Virus record (IMG/VR): IMGVR_UViG_3300013119_000886
Location: 1 to 59,253 of that record
Reading direction: 5' to 3' (one strand)
Length of the DNA: 59,253 nt
DNA from: a virus
Taxonomy: Duplodnaviria > Caudoviricetes
In this document: piece by piece, positions 9,140 to 17,948 of the stretch
Layout: each line of letters opens with the position of its first letter
Numbering within the stretch: position 1 is the stretch's first letter
Program-made: the position numbers and the translations under genes
Notes under the pieces: generated by a model
The model's input: only the letters and a program-made list of their open reading frames with translations
Told to the model about the DNA's origin: nothing
Databases searched by the model: none

Positions 9140-10564
9140 TTATTGCTGCTGTATATTTTGTGGCAAACGTAATTTACTATAGATTATTTGGTTTTCGTAT
9201 TCCATTATATAATCTATAACTGCCTCTGACCACCCATCCACATGAACCCATTTGCCATACCCTATACCATTTTGATTACTAGCTATATTTATTAAGTAGT
9301 TATTTCTACCAAAAGCATTGGCTTTACTAGGCTCACCGCCAACTCTATTATCACAATCTTGCTCATCAGTAATAACTATAATTCTATCTGCTGTTTTTTC
9401 TTCTTCATACACATAATCCATTACTTGCTTAAGAAATATACCCCCACCACCTAATGGTGTGCATTGCGAATATATTGAATCTGACAAAGCAAACCCGCGT
9501 CTATTAGGTACTGTTGTTGTAGCGTGTATCCTTGTATTGTCATTACCTGCGGTAGCGTAAATAACTATATCTTCACAGATTTCCCTTGTAATTAAAGCCA
9601 TAGAACAAGCTACTTTAGCGCGGTCTGTCTCACTTTGCGCTGATATTGACCTGTTATACATACTGCCAGATACATCTACTATTAGAATGGTTTTGCCTAG
9701 TAACTTAGATTTATTTGATAACATTTTCAATAGTGCTTTTTCAATATACTCTTCTAGTTTCGGAGCAGCGGCAGCAGCATTCAAAAATCTAAATGGCAGT
9801 ATCATGTCACTATTCATATTTTCCAAAGCTGTAATAATTAGGTGTTTATTTACTCCCTCTTGAACCATATTTCTGAGATTTCTAATTAGTGCTAATCCAC
9901 CTAATTTATTCTCTTTTAATAATCTTTCCCATTTTATCACTTTAGGTATACCGTCATCTTTACTTAGAGCCACTTCCCAAGTATCAGGTGGTGACAGGTT
10001 GCCACTCATCAAATTAGCCCATATGTCAGATTGTTCCTTAGTTTTTGGTATAGGGTGGACTAGTCGCATTACATCCTTTAAAGTTACTTTAGCCTTACGA
10101 TTGTACTTGGCTAATTGATATTCACTAAACTTAGTAAATGCTTTAGCTAACCCCTTTTTTACTTGTGCTGATAGTGGTTGTGTATTATCATCCTTCCAGT
10201 AAATAGCTAAGAACTCACCCATCTCATCTGGTCTTTGTATAATTGCAGATAGAGTATCTTTAACTAGGCCTTTATAAGTATTTAATCTAGCCATTTCCCT
10301 CACTATAAGTAGTGGTACATGTCGTAGTTTCATTTTAGTGCGAGCTTCTATAGCTATAATAGATACTTTTAGCGGGTCAACTTCTGGTATTAGCCTAGCA
10401 ATTCTCTCTGCAATAGTTTCTCCGTCTTCATAAAATTCTTTTTCCCACAATAGACAACTCATCACCGATCGTCTTAATTGTAACTCTGGAGTTATATGAG
10501 CTGCTTTAGCGCCTTGATGTGTGTATACAGGCTCAAGGTTGCGAGGTTTATTTAATTTTGCCAT
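9140..10564 (-). CDS. rsr: Ro60/Rsr ortholog (TROVE + vWA domain RNA-binding protein)
   Basis: LRRSVMSCLLWEKEFYEDG, QRPDEM, YQLAKYNR, PDTWEVALS, ALIRNLRNM, LPFRF, vWA MIDAS DVSGSM and IVITDEQ; start MAKLNK after AAGGA. Confidence 0.95.
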   Translation of the reverse strand: MAKLNKPRNLEPVYTHQGAKAAHITPELQLRRSVMSCLLWEKEFYEDGETIAERIARLIPEVDPLKVSIIAIEARTKMKLRHVPLLIVREMARLNTYKGLVKDTLSAIIQRPDEMGEFLAIYWKDDNTQPLSAQVKKGLAKAFTKFSEYQLAKYNRKAKVTLKDVMRLVHPIPKTKEQSDIWANLMSGNLSPPDTWEVALSKDDGIPKVIKWERLLKENKLGGLALIRNLRNMVQEGVNKHLIITALENMNSDMILPFRFLNAAAAAPKLEEYIEKALLKMLSNKSKLLGKTILIVDVSGSMYNRSISAQSETDRAKVACSMALITREICEDIVIYATAGNDNTRIHATTTVPNRRGFALSDSIYSQCTPLGGGGIFLKQVMDYVYEEEKTADRIIVITDEQDCDNRVGGEPSKANAFGRNNYLINIASNQNGIGYGKWVHVDGWSEAVIDYIMEYENQIIYSKLRLPQNIQQQ

Positions 10565-10610
10565 CGTTATTTTTCCTTTATTGATATTTACTATACTTTT
10601 AATTATAAAA

Positions 10611-10696
10611 ATAGCCACTGAAGAAAAAGGTAATTACAGAATGTTATTACATTGTAAGTGTAAGAAGTAACTGTAATCAATACTATCAGCGGCTAT
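10611..10696 (-). ncRNA. Y-RNA-like ncRNA candidate, copy A
   Basis: ATAGCCGCTGA/TCAGTGGCTAT terminal stem (G-U sets the strand), GATTACAG/CTGTAATT inner stem, and loop motifs shared with copy B; immediately upstream of ro60. Confidence 0.7.
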
Positions 10697-10723
10697 TAAA
10701 GATGGTATTACCTTATACTATCT

Positions 10724-10794
10724 GCAGGGAGAATAAGCGAATAAAGAACATTGCCGAGTTCCGGTCGAGGTAACTTTATTCTACACTACCCTGC
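10724..10794 (-). ncRNA. Y-RNA-like ncRNA candidate, copy B
   Basis: GCAGGG/CCCTGC and GAATAAAG/CTTTATTC stems; same TAGTRT, GTTACYTC, AAYRTTC and TTCT motifs as copy A. Confidence 0.7.
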
Positions 10795-10831
10795 TAATTT
10801 GGACATATAAACGATACTAAGAGTTTTAGGT

Positions 10832-11767
10832 TTACACTTCCTCAACATTTATTTTCTTTAATTCTGCTTGTTGATAATCTAACAGCACTGTTATTGTTGC
10901 ACTTAATTGTTCTACACTCATGTTACTTATCTTTGTATCGTTTGCTTTTTCACATGTTGTAATCAATTCTTCAGAAAAACTGCTCCTAATGGTATCCATT
11001 AGTTGTTGCTTTTTGCCTGTTTCGCTATACGTGGTTGTTAGCAACATTTCATAACTGTGTAAAGTTTTATTTGTCGAGTCAATATATGCCTGTTTTTCTT
11101 GTGCTAATACATACTTGAAGTTCTTTTTGTATCTTGATAAATAATGCTCAAATTGCACTTTAGCAAATTCAAATACTAATTTAGCTACATTTATATCGTT
11201 AATTTCTTTTATAGTAGGATAAGCATGACTGATGTGTTTCATTGCATTATTAAACTCAGCATAATCTGTATTATCAGCTTTATCACCTAACCTTAAATTT
11301 TTAGCACCATATAGTAACTGCAATGCCCAGTATTTAATTTGCTCAATGTCAGCGTAATAAATAGGTGTAAATATTTCTTGCTCTAATGCTTTTATTCTCT
11401 CTAATATAGATTCGATATTGCTTGAATCAACTTTACAGTTGCATTTAGTCGTGCTCATTGTATTTGTTTTGGCAAGAGATTTACTAGTTACTTGGCTATT
11501 AAGTATGGTGTAAGATAGCCGTTTATGTCCTAACTTTTCTATCAATCCTATAGCTTCTAGTAAAGTTAAGTCTTTAGATACTGTAGACTGGTCAACCCTA
11601 AACTTATCTTCACTATCAAACATTTCAGCTATTTCACTATTCAGCATGTTGGGAGCAAACACATCACATTCACTTTCTTTAACTCCCTTATCAATCCAGT
11701 CATAGATGTACTGTAATCTATGCTTTACCTGCAGAGGCTTATTAAGTGCCGCTATTTTTTCATTCAT
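10832..11767 (-). CDS. Hypothetical protein with N-terminal winged HTH
   Basis: NSEIAEMF...VDQSTVSKDLTLLEAIGLIEK. Confidence 0.6.
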   Translation of the reverse strand: MNEKIAALNKPLQVKHRLQYIYDWIDKGVKESECDVFAPNMLNSEIAEMFDSEDKFRVDQSTVSKDLTLLEAIGLIEKLGHKRLSYTILNSQVTSKSLAKTNTMSTTKCNCKVDSSNIESILERIKALEQEIFTPIYYADIEQIKYWALQLLYGAKNLRLGDKADNTDYAEFNNAMKHISHAYPTIKEINDINVAKLVFEFAKVQFEHYLSRYKKNFKYVLAQEKQAYIDSTNKTLHSYEMLLTTTYSETGKKQQLMDTIRSSFSEELITTCEKANDTKISNMSVEQLSATITVLLDYQQAELKKINVEEV

Positions 11768-11817
11768 CTCATTTTTCCTTTTTGGTTTTATTATTGGTAT
11801 TATATACCAATGGTTGT

Positions 11818-12141
11818 TTATGAGTTTGCAATAACATTATCTCGTTCAGAAACAGATGCTTTGGTGTCAATTGCTTCTATAAGTACTTTGTTTTTACTAA
11901 TTGAAAAGGAGTAAGACCTGTGCGTTTTTTTGCCATCTTCATCAGGCAACTGGTTGATAATAAACTTGAGAAGAAATCTACTATCGTCTTCTGTGATTGC
12001 ACAAACACATTCCTCTGGTTTCCCGCTTTGCTTAAGAAAGGTACATGGGATTTTTTTAACATGAATCTTTTCATGTTCTAGGCAATCGTTAGGATTAGCA
12101 AATTCCTGCTCGCAAATGGAACATTTAAATATAGTAATCAT
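11818..12141 (-). CDS. Hypothetical protein with C2H2-like zinc finger
   Basis: CSIC...CLEHEKIH. Confidence 0.55.
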   Translation of the reverse strand: MITIFKCSICEQEFANPNDCLEHEKIHVKKIPCTFLKQSGKPEECVCAITEDDSRFLLKFIINQLPDEDGKKTHRSYSFSISKNKVLIEAIDTKASVSERDNVIANS

Positions 12142-12159
12142 ACTAATTTTCCTTCATAT

Positions 12160-12579
12160 TTATATTATTGAGTTGGTAAGCAAATTTATTTCCATGTTTA
12201 TATCATCTTCTGGCTCTACTATAATTATTTCTATCCTGGGGTTTTCTTTGTCTATGTACCACATGTCTATAAATGGTGACCGAATATATTTTTGGCTATC
12301 ATCAATTATTATATTACTTTTCTTTAGTGCATCTAGGAAGAATTTTTTGCTAGCAGATGTAAAGTTATCTGGATCTGTTCGCCTGTCTTTCAAATAAAAC
12401 ACTAGCAATATGTTAACTGGATAATTCTTAACTGGTTTAATCTTGTGTTCTATGATTTTTGCATATACAGTTGCCTCAATATTTTGCTTGATGCTAGCGT
12501 ACTTGGAATAATGCTTTTTTGCTGCAGCTACTACTTTATTCAGCGATACTACTACATTAGGAATTGTTATTTTTATCAT
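12160..12579 (-). CDS. rusA: RusA-like Holliday junction resolvase
   Basis: RRTDPDN...KFFLDAL...IIDDS...PRIEI. Confidence 0.8.
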   Translation of the reverse strand: MIKITIPNVVVSLNKVVAAAKKHYSKYASIKQNIEATVYAKIIEHKIKPVKNYPVNILLVFYLKDRRTDPDNFTSASKKFFLDALKKSNIIIDDSQKYIRSPFIDMWYIDKENPRIEIIIVEPEDDINMEINLLTNSII

Positions 12580-12757
12580 TGGGTTTTTCGCATTTATTAT
12601 TTTGGCAAATGTTAGTTAAGCAATCAATAGCAAACTCTAACCCATCTAAATATGGAGGCCAATAGTTATCCCCGCTACCTAGTATACCTATCATTATTTT
12701 GGTGTATCGTTTTTCTTGTTTGATTTTTGTGATTGCTTTAGCTGTATTGTTATTCAT
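12557..12757 (-). CDS. Hypothetical protein
   Basis: Co-oriented ORF overlapping rusA. Confidence 0.5.
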   Translation of the reverse strand: MNNNTAKAITKIKQEKRYTKIMIGILGSGDNYWPPYLDGLEFAIDCLTNICQNNKCEKPNDKNNNS

Positions 12758-12774
12758 AATTGATTGTTTACTTC

Positions 12775-13302
12775 TTACACAACGAAATCATTACCAGGAT
12801 AAATGTTGTATTTTCTATTTATTACTTGTACAATGGTATCAAACCACAAATTCCCAATATCACTGGTACAGCTTACTTTATTATCAGCATCAGGAGCGCC
12901 ACCCCAGAAGTATATAGTTTCACTGCAAAGATGTTCTTTAGTGCAATAAAAGTATACTGCTAGTTCATATTTGAATAAGTAAAACTGAATAAGAAATTTG
13001 CTACATGGTGATATAACATAGAATAAAGCAGACTTATACATATCATTAAAATCTATACCAGTAGGATTAATAAGATAAAGTATTCTGTAGAGTGACACCG
13101 GAGTGTTATTTATACTACTAGCACCGCATTGATAAAATTCGCAACAGTTATTTATGTCTTTTTGTTTATATAGATTCTTAACAATTGCTATTATATTCTC
13201 TTCTACTTCCCACTGTTCCTCATATAAATCAGCAAAGTTAAAATCAGGATGTAACATTTTATTCAGTTGTTCTATTTTTTCTAGCCAATCTCGTGTTGCC
13301 AT
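12775..13302 (-). CDS. Hypothetical protein
   Basis: 175 aa with GAGG SD. Confidence 0.6.
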   Translation of the reverse strand: MATRDWLEKIEQLNKMLHPDFNFADLYEEQWEVEENIIAIVKNLYKQKDINNCCEFYQCGASSINNTPVSLYRILYLINPTGIDFNDMYKSALFYVISPCSKFLIQFYLFKYELAVYFYCTKEHLCSETIYFWGGAPDADNKVSCTSDIGNLWFDTIVQVINRKYNIYPGNDFVV

Positions 13303-13338
13303 TATTTTTTAACCTCTTAAATACCACTGAACGCATTA

Positions 13339-14415
13339 CTACAAGCGTTGGTTTACAGCAAATAACTTATCTAATTTTTGCAATAATTCTTGCTTAGATA
13401 AATTTAGTTGCTGCATATCTTGTTTAATTAGAGAATTAAATCTATCTTTACCTAGTTCATCGTTATCAATAAATGGTTGGTATTTCCTTATGAGTTCTCT
13501 ATCAGTATCGCTAACTTGTGCGTTAGTATTTAATTCCTGTAGTTTAGAAAAGAAAACTTTAGTGAAATATTTAAAATTATCCTTACCTCTTTTAACAGTT
13601 TCATCATAAGCAAGTTTAACAGCTTCAGTAGATTGTTCTATTAACTCTACTAACAATTTACCAGTAATAGTTTTAATATTCAAGTCAGGCTTATATTGTT
13701 CATCTTTAGTTAATATAAATTTATTGCCTACTATAATATCGAATATTTCTAACTGCTCACCATTTAACCTTTTTCTAATACTAGAAAAATTAAGTTTGGT
13801 GTCGTCATTTTCTAAAATGACAAAAGAGTCTTGGTTAATATTATTAAGTATAGGTTTATCTATAGTATAGGTTAGGGATGCATTTTCACCATTTAACTCC
13901 TTATCACTGTTGGCTTCCAGCGTGTCTCCTTGTGTAAAACAAGTTTTACATTCATGTGCCAAAGCTTGTTTTACATTTAATTGTAAATCTTGTTTTACAA
14001 TTGTGCTATCATTGACTTCATTGGACATCCGGTTGATATCATTTGCATCTAAGTTCCATGCTTCTAAATTAAATCTATCGCCTGTGACTTCAGGTATATC
14101 AAGGTAATAGTAATTTTTGGGTGGAATACTATTTGTTAGCTCCCAATCTAAATATCCTTTTTCTTTTAATTCATTAAGATACTTGGATATAGTTGGTCGT
14201 GAACATCCTAATTTTTCAGCTAAAGTTTCTTGCTTAGGAAATACTTGCCCATGCCCATCATAATTACAATAGTCAGAAATAATACCCAATACTATTTTAG
14301 CTGATAGAGATAATGTTTTATCAGCTAAAGCAATAGCAGGTACTTGTATATATCTTTGCTTATAAATACTATGTCTAATTGTTAAGTTGTTTTCACTCAT
14401 AACTATTTGTCTCAT
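13339..14415 (-). CDS. Phage replication initiator (HTH_36-like winged helix)
   Basis: LSLSAKIVL...FPKQETLAEKLGCSRPTISKYLNELKEKGYL; internal iterons. Confidence 0.8.
   Translation of the reverse strand: MRQIVMSENNLTIRHSIYKQRYIQVPAIALADKTLSLSAKIVLGIISDYCNYDGHGQVFPKQETLAEKLGCSRPTISKYLNELKEKGYLDWELTNSIPPKNYYYLDIPEVTGDRFNLEAWNLDANDINRMSNEVNDSTIVKQDLQLNVKQALAHECKTCFTQGDTLEANSDKELNGENASLTYTIDKPILNNINQDSFVILENDDTKLNFSSIRKRLNGEQLEIFDIIVGNKFILTKDEQYKPDLNIKTITGKLLVELIEQSTEAVKLAYDETVKRGKDNFKYFTKVFFSKLQELNTNAQVSDTDRELIRKYQPFIDNDELGKDRFNSLIKQDMQQLNLSKQELLQKLDKLFAVNQRL
13933..13999. repeat. Three iteron-like repeats inside the initiator gene (candidate origin)
   Basis: TGTAAAACAAGTTTTACA, GCCAAAGCTTGTTTTACA and TGTAAATCTTGTTTTACA at 24-25 bp period. 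Confidence 0.7.
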
Positions 14416-14443
14416 AGAAGCACAAAGTAAAGATTTTTATTAA

Positions 14444-14492
14444 AACTCCACCTACGCATTTCGTTGACTAGGCAAAAAACGCAGGTGGAGTT
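14444..14492 (-). terminator. Terminator/attenuator-like hairpin upstream of the initiator
   Basis: AACTCCACCTGCGT...GCGTAGGTGGAGTT followed by TTAAT. Confidence 0.5.
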
Positions 14493-14609
14493 ATGTTAGA
14501 TTTGCAGAAGCTAATTTAGAAGGTTAATCCCAAAACCTTATAAAAGAGCCTCCTTTTATTTTATGTTAGATTTGGTGTCGCAGAGGTACTCCCTCCTTGA
14601 TACCATAGT

Positions 14610-14897
14610 TTAATCTTTCAGAATTTCATACTTACAATGACCATGCCCGTCATATCCATCGCTAGACAAATCAGGATAAATTGTTCTGACTCCATCTTCA
14701 ACATATACTTTAAACTTAATCTTGCATATCATACAGTAAAATTTCCCCTCATCATTCCAATTTGCAGGCTTAGAACTAACCATATTGTCTGTTATGTCGA
14801 AGCTCATCAAATGTCTCAAATTATAGTTATGGCATGATGGGCATTCAACTAGTCCGAGGTCACCATCTCTATTCATAGCGTAAAATAACCTAACCAT
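14610..14897 (-). CDS. Zn-ribbon hypothetical protein
   Basis: CPSC and CMIC; GGAGGG SD. Confidence 0.6.
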   Translation of the reverse strand: MVRLFYAMNRDGDLGLVECPSCHNYNLRHLMSFDITDNMVSSKPANWNDEGKFYCMICKIKFKVYVEDGVRTIYPDLSSDGYDGHGHCKYEILKD

Positions 14898-14926
14898 ATT
14901 ATTAACCCTCCTAATTAAATGTTTGG

Positions 14927-15688
14927 CTATATTATGATTGTTTCGTTCTGCTTAGCTAACTTAAATCCGTGTTCTTTTATTTCGTCAAGGTAAAAATGAT
15001 AATTATCAGTATAGTGCATAAGTGTTATCTTCTGCTTAATTTCTGTTGGTAGCGTTTTTAGTTGTTCAAATGTTGCATGAACTGTTGGGGTATCACTAAA
15101 TTCACAATCATGAAAAATCATGTTGTAGTTATTTCTATTATCGACTAGAGCCAACTCGAATTTAGTATTACTAGTATAAAGCATGCCTTTATTTTCTTCA
15201 GATATTTGGAGACAGTAACTTGGCATTGTCAAGAAGTTTACATGATGTGCTGGTATGAACTTTATTGATAGACTACCATAATTAAAATAATTAGGACTAC
15301 ATCGAGTAATGTCAAATGCGTCTGATAATAACAAGCAATCAGTAGTTGTATCAAGTGGAAACTTTACTGGCAAGCTGCCAGTAAGAGGAGCAGGAACAAA
15401 TAGCTTGACTTTATTATGTCTCAAATCATCTATGTTGCCTTTATGTATAACAAAAAGTAAATAGTATACAAATTCTTCTATACCTCCAATATGGTCAGCA
15501 TGTGCATGAGTTATAGCAATAGCACCTATTTCACTAATGTCAATGTTGCATTCCCATAAAGCTCTACCAGTAGTGTGTCCACAATCAATTAGTAATGGCT
15601 TGGTATTATCAGACAAATAAACCAATGCTGATGTGTTCCAATTCGTTCTACTAAAAGCAGAGCCTACTCCAATAAATTTGACTTTCAC
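14927..15688 (-). CDS. MBL-fold metallohydrolase, Apyc1/RNase Z-like
   Basis: GVGSAF, LLIDCG, THAHADHIGG (HxHxDH), FHDC, VHA and LMHY. Confidence 0.85.
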   Translation of the reverse strand: MKVKFIGVGSAFSRTNWNTSALVYLSDNTKPLLIDCGHTTGRALWECNIDISEIGAIAITHAHADHIGGIEEFVYYLLFVIHKGNIDDLRHNKVKLFVPAPLTGSLPVKFPLDTTTDCLLLSDAFDITRCSPNYFNYGSLSIKFIPAHHVNFLTMPSYCLQISEENKGMLYTSNTKFELALVDNRNNYNMIFHDCEFSDTPTVHATFEQLKTLPTEIKQKITLMHYTDNYHFYLDEIKEHGFKLAKQNETIII

Positions 15689-15727
15689 AATTTAGCCCCC
15701 TTTGTATATTCGACTATCTCAATTTGA

Positions 15728-16570
15728 CTATATTAGTATATGTTGAATATCATATTTCTTTTGTAGCTGTTCTATTGTTTCTTCTATTATTGATATAATA
15801 GGTTCTTCAACAGTTGACCAATACAAATCTTGTTTTTTGGTACAAGTAAATTTAGTTGCACAGTCAATCATTCTGTTCATATCCTTGTCGTAAATATGAA
15901 GTGAATCACAAATGTCAATGTAGCTTCCTACTTCTACGGGTTGGTTTATTTGATTACCAATCCGATTAGCTACTAGCTGTTGTAATTGCACTAGCGCAAA
16001 AGCATTCATAAACCATGCACCTGCTAAATCTCTACTGCGCCAATGTGAGTGCATATTTAATTGCAATGTGTCATTTGCTCCATTATTTACTAGGCGGAAG
16101 AACAATCTCTGTAAACACGGCGGCGAATCAGAATATAAGTCTTTATTAGGTATCCATGTAATAGCCTGAGCCCTTCGAGTAATAGTTGATTCAGATAATT
16201 TGTCAACTATTTCACTAATTTGATTCTGGCCAAAACCTAACGATAACTCTTCATCTAAGTATGGATAGTTGAATAACCTGTCGCTGTAGGTGTATTTCCA
16301 TGCAGTATCACTAGTACCAATAAGGTTATCTTTAATTCCCTCAACAACTTCGTAAATGTATTCAATTAAATCAGCAACACCTGCTGGCATACTATGTTTA
16401 TGCAACATAGGTTCTTTTAATGGGAACAATACTTCAGCTAGTGATATAACCTCTCTTGTGTTTTGGTTGTATTCACTAGGTACTGTATGCCCATAATTTA
16501 AAGTGGCAACAACTAAATCTTCCCATGTTTCTGGTAATGTTTGTTTAACTACTCTTATAGTGTTAATCAT
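15728..16570 (-). CDS. Thymidylate synthase-family protein (archaeal/phage-type)
   Basis: TRRAQAITW, SPPCLQ, RSRDLAGAWFMN and DSLHIY; start moved to MINTIR (GGAGG SD). Confidence 0.85.
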   Translation of the reverse strand: MINTIRVVKQTLPETWEDLVVATLNYGHTVPSEYNQNTREVISLAEVLFPLKEPMLHKHSMPAGVADLIEYIYEVVEGIKDNLIGTSDTAWKYTYSDRLFNYPYLDEELSLGFGQNQISEIVDKLSESTITRRAQAITWIPNKDLYSDSPPCLQRLFFRLVNNGANDTLQLNMHSHWRSRDLAGAWFMNAFALVQLQQLVANRIGNQINQPVEVGSYIDICDSLHIYDKDMNRMIDCATKFTCTKKQDLYWSTVEEPIISIIEETIEQLQKKYDIQHILI

Positions 16571-16664
16571 TAGCAACCACCTCCCCACAATTGCTGTAAC
16601 CATATTACACATAGTGCTGCTATGATACCCCAAAATACTATTCTGAATATTCTATTACTCATTA

Positions 16665-17192
16665 TTATTCCTCCATCATTTTATAACCCAGTAAAGCTAA
16701 CGACGCCATGTGATACCATGATTCAACTTTAATTTTAGTGTTTTCGTTTTTGTCAGAAAATGTATCTTTTAATATTCTAGATATACACTTTCCCAGACTA
16801 GAGTGTTGATATATTTGATGTTGTGCTATTGCCAACAAATCGCTGAAATCGTTTTTAATTCTACGTAGAACTTCAATTTGAGATTTTGCACCATATCGTT
16901 TACATTTTTCATCCAGCTCACTAAGCACACCATGCAATTCAGTAAACCACTTATCTGAATTACCATAAAGAATCATTATAGCTTGCACACTATAACCAGC
17001 AATATCTAACAAGGTGTCTTTTATTGATTCATTTACACTGCTGTCTTTTGTAAATAGATTTTCAATTCTGTTGATTTTATCATTCACTCTAATAATTATG
17101 CCTACTTCACCAAATATTAGCAGGTTGTCATTGCCATAATCATTATGTTTAGATATTAAGAGTGACTGCAATGTTGTAACGGCTTTATTCAT
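16665..17192 (-). CDS. DUF1599-like nucleotide-modification-associated protein
   Basis: KHNDYG...IRVNDKINRIENL...ESIKDTLLDIAGY. Confidence 0.75.
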   Translation of the reverse strand: MNKAVTTLQSLLISKHNDYGNDNLLIFGEVGIIIRVNDKINRIENLFTKDSSVNESIKDTLLDIAGYSVQAIMILYGNSDKWFTELHGVLSELDEKCKRYGAKSQIEVLRRIKNDFSDLLAIAQHQIYQHSSLGKCISRILKDTFSDKNENTKIKVESWYHMASLALLGYKMMEE

Positions 17193-17376
17193 GTTTTGCT
17201 TTCTCCTTTATTAACTTCTTAAATGGTGAGTGTAATCTGAAGTGCTCTATTGCCAATCTAACAATAGCACTTTTACTTAACTTTAGTTCTTCTTTAGTTT
17301 GTTGTAACCAATTATATTGTTCTAGTGTAATTGAAAAACTATCTGTTATCACGCAAGCACCCCCTCCATGTATCAC
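17185..17376 (-). CDS. Ribbon-helix-helix (CopG-like) regulator
   Basis: SFSITLEQYNWL...LSKSAIVRLAI. Confidence 0.6.
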   Translation of the reverse strand: MIHGGGACVITDSFSITLEQYNWLQQTKEELKLSKSAIVRLAIEHFRLHSPFKKLIKEKAKHE

Positions 17377-17624
17377 TTATGCCGTCAATATCAACAATTA
17401 TTGTCTTCATGTTTCCCTTTCTATTAAATATTAGTAGTATTAGAAACGTTCTAATGATTAAGGGGTTGACAATAAAATGATAGAATAATTGAAATTATAG
17501 ATGTCAATTATTATTTATACGTCTATTGTGAGCCTGTGGTGTCCAAAATAAGACGTTTAAATACACATCAGATACGTTTATGTATCCCTGGATATTCAAA
17601 CGTCTTAAAATGGAAACCAGGCGT

Positions 17625-17936
17625 TTATGTATTTAATCCGTGTGTGCCATTATTTTCCAAGTTATTAAGGATGAATCTAGTTGTTTTTGCTATGGTGCAA
17701 TTGCAACGGCAGCGTTGAAATAAATGCAACGCTACCATTTTTGCTAGTTCAGGCACAGGTAGGTTAGGTGTTTTGTCTGTATTCAGGTGTGGCAATTCCT
17801 TGATTACCATTTGTTTATATTCTGATACTGAAATGGTTGGTTCAAATGTATCTTTGTTTAACTCCGCTGTAAAAACAGGGTCTAGAAACTCATGCTCTTC
17901 TAACATGCTATATGTTCTTGCTTCTATTTTAGACAT
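17625..17936 (-). CDS. Hypothetical protein
   Basis: GGAGG SD; follows dnaB. Confidence 0.6.
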   Translation of the reverse strand: MSKIEARTYSMLEEHEFLDPVFTAELNKDTFEPTISVSEYKQMVIKELPHLNTDKTPNLPVPELAKMVALHLFQRCRCNCTIAKTTRFILNNLENNGTHGLNT

Positions 17937-17948
17937 TATGATTACCTC

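Noticed and set aside
10565-10618. ORF-track GTG start for Ro60
   Set aside because: It lies in the stem of Y-like RNA copy A; an SD precedes the ATG at 10564.
17466-17507. Facing TTGACA boxes as a promoter pair
   Set aside because: No -10 hexamer at a convincing 16-18 bp spacing on either strand.
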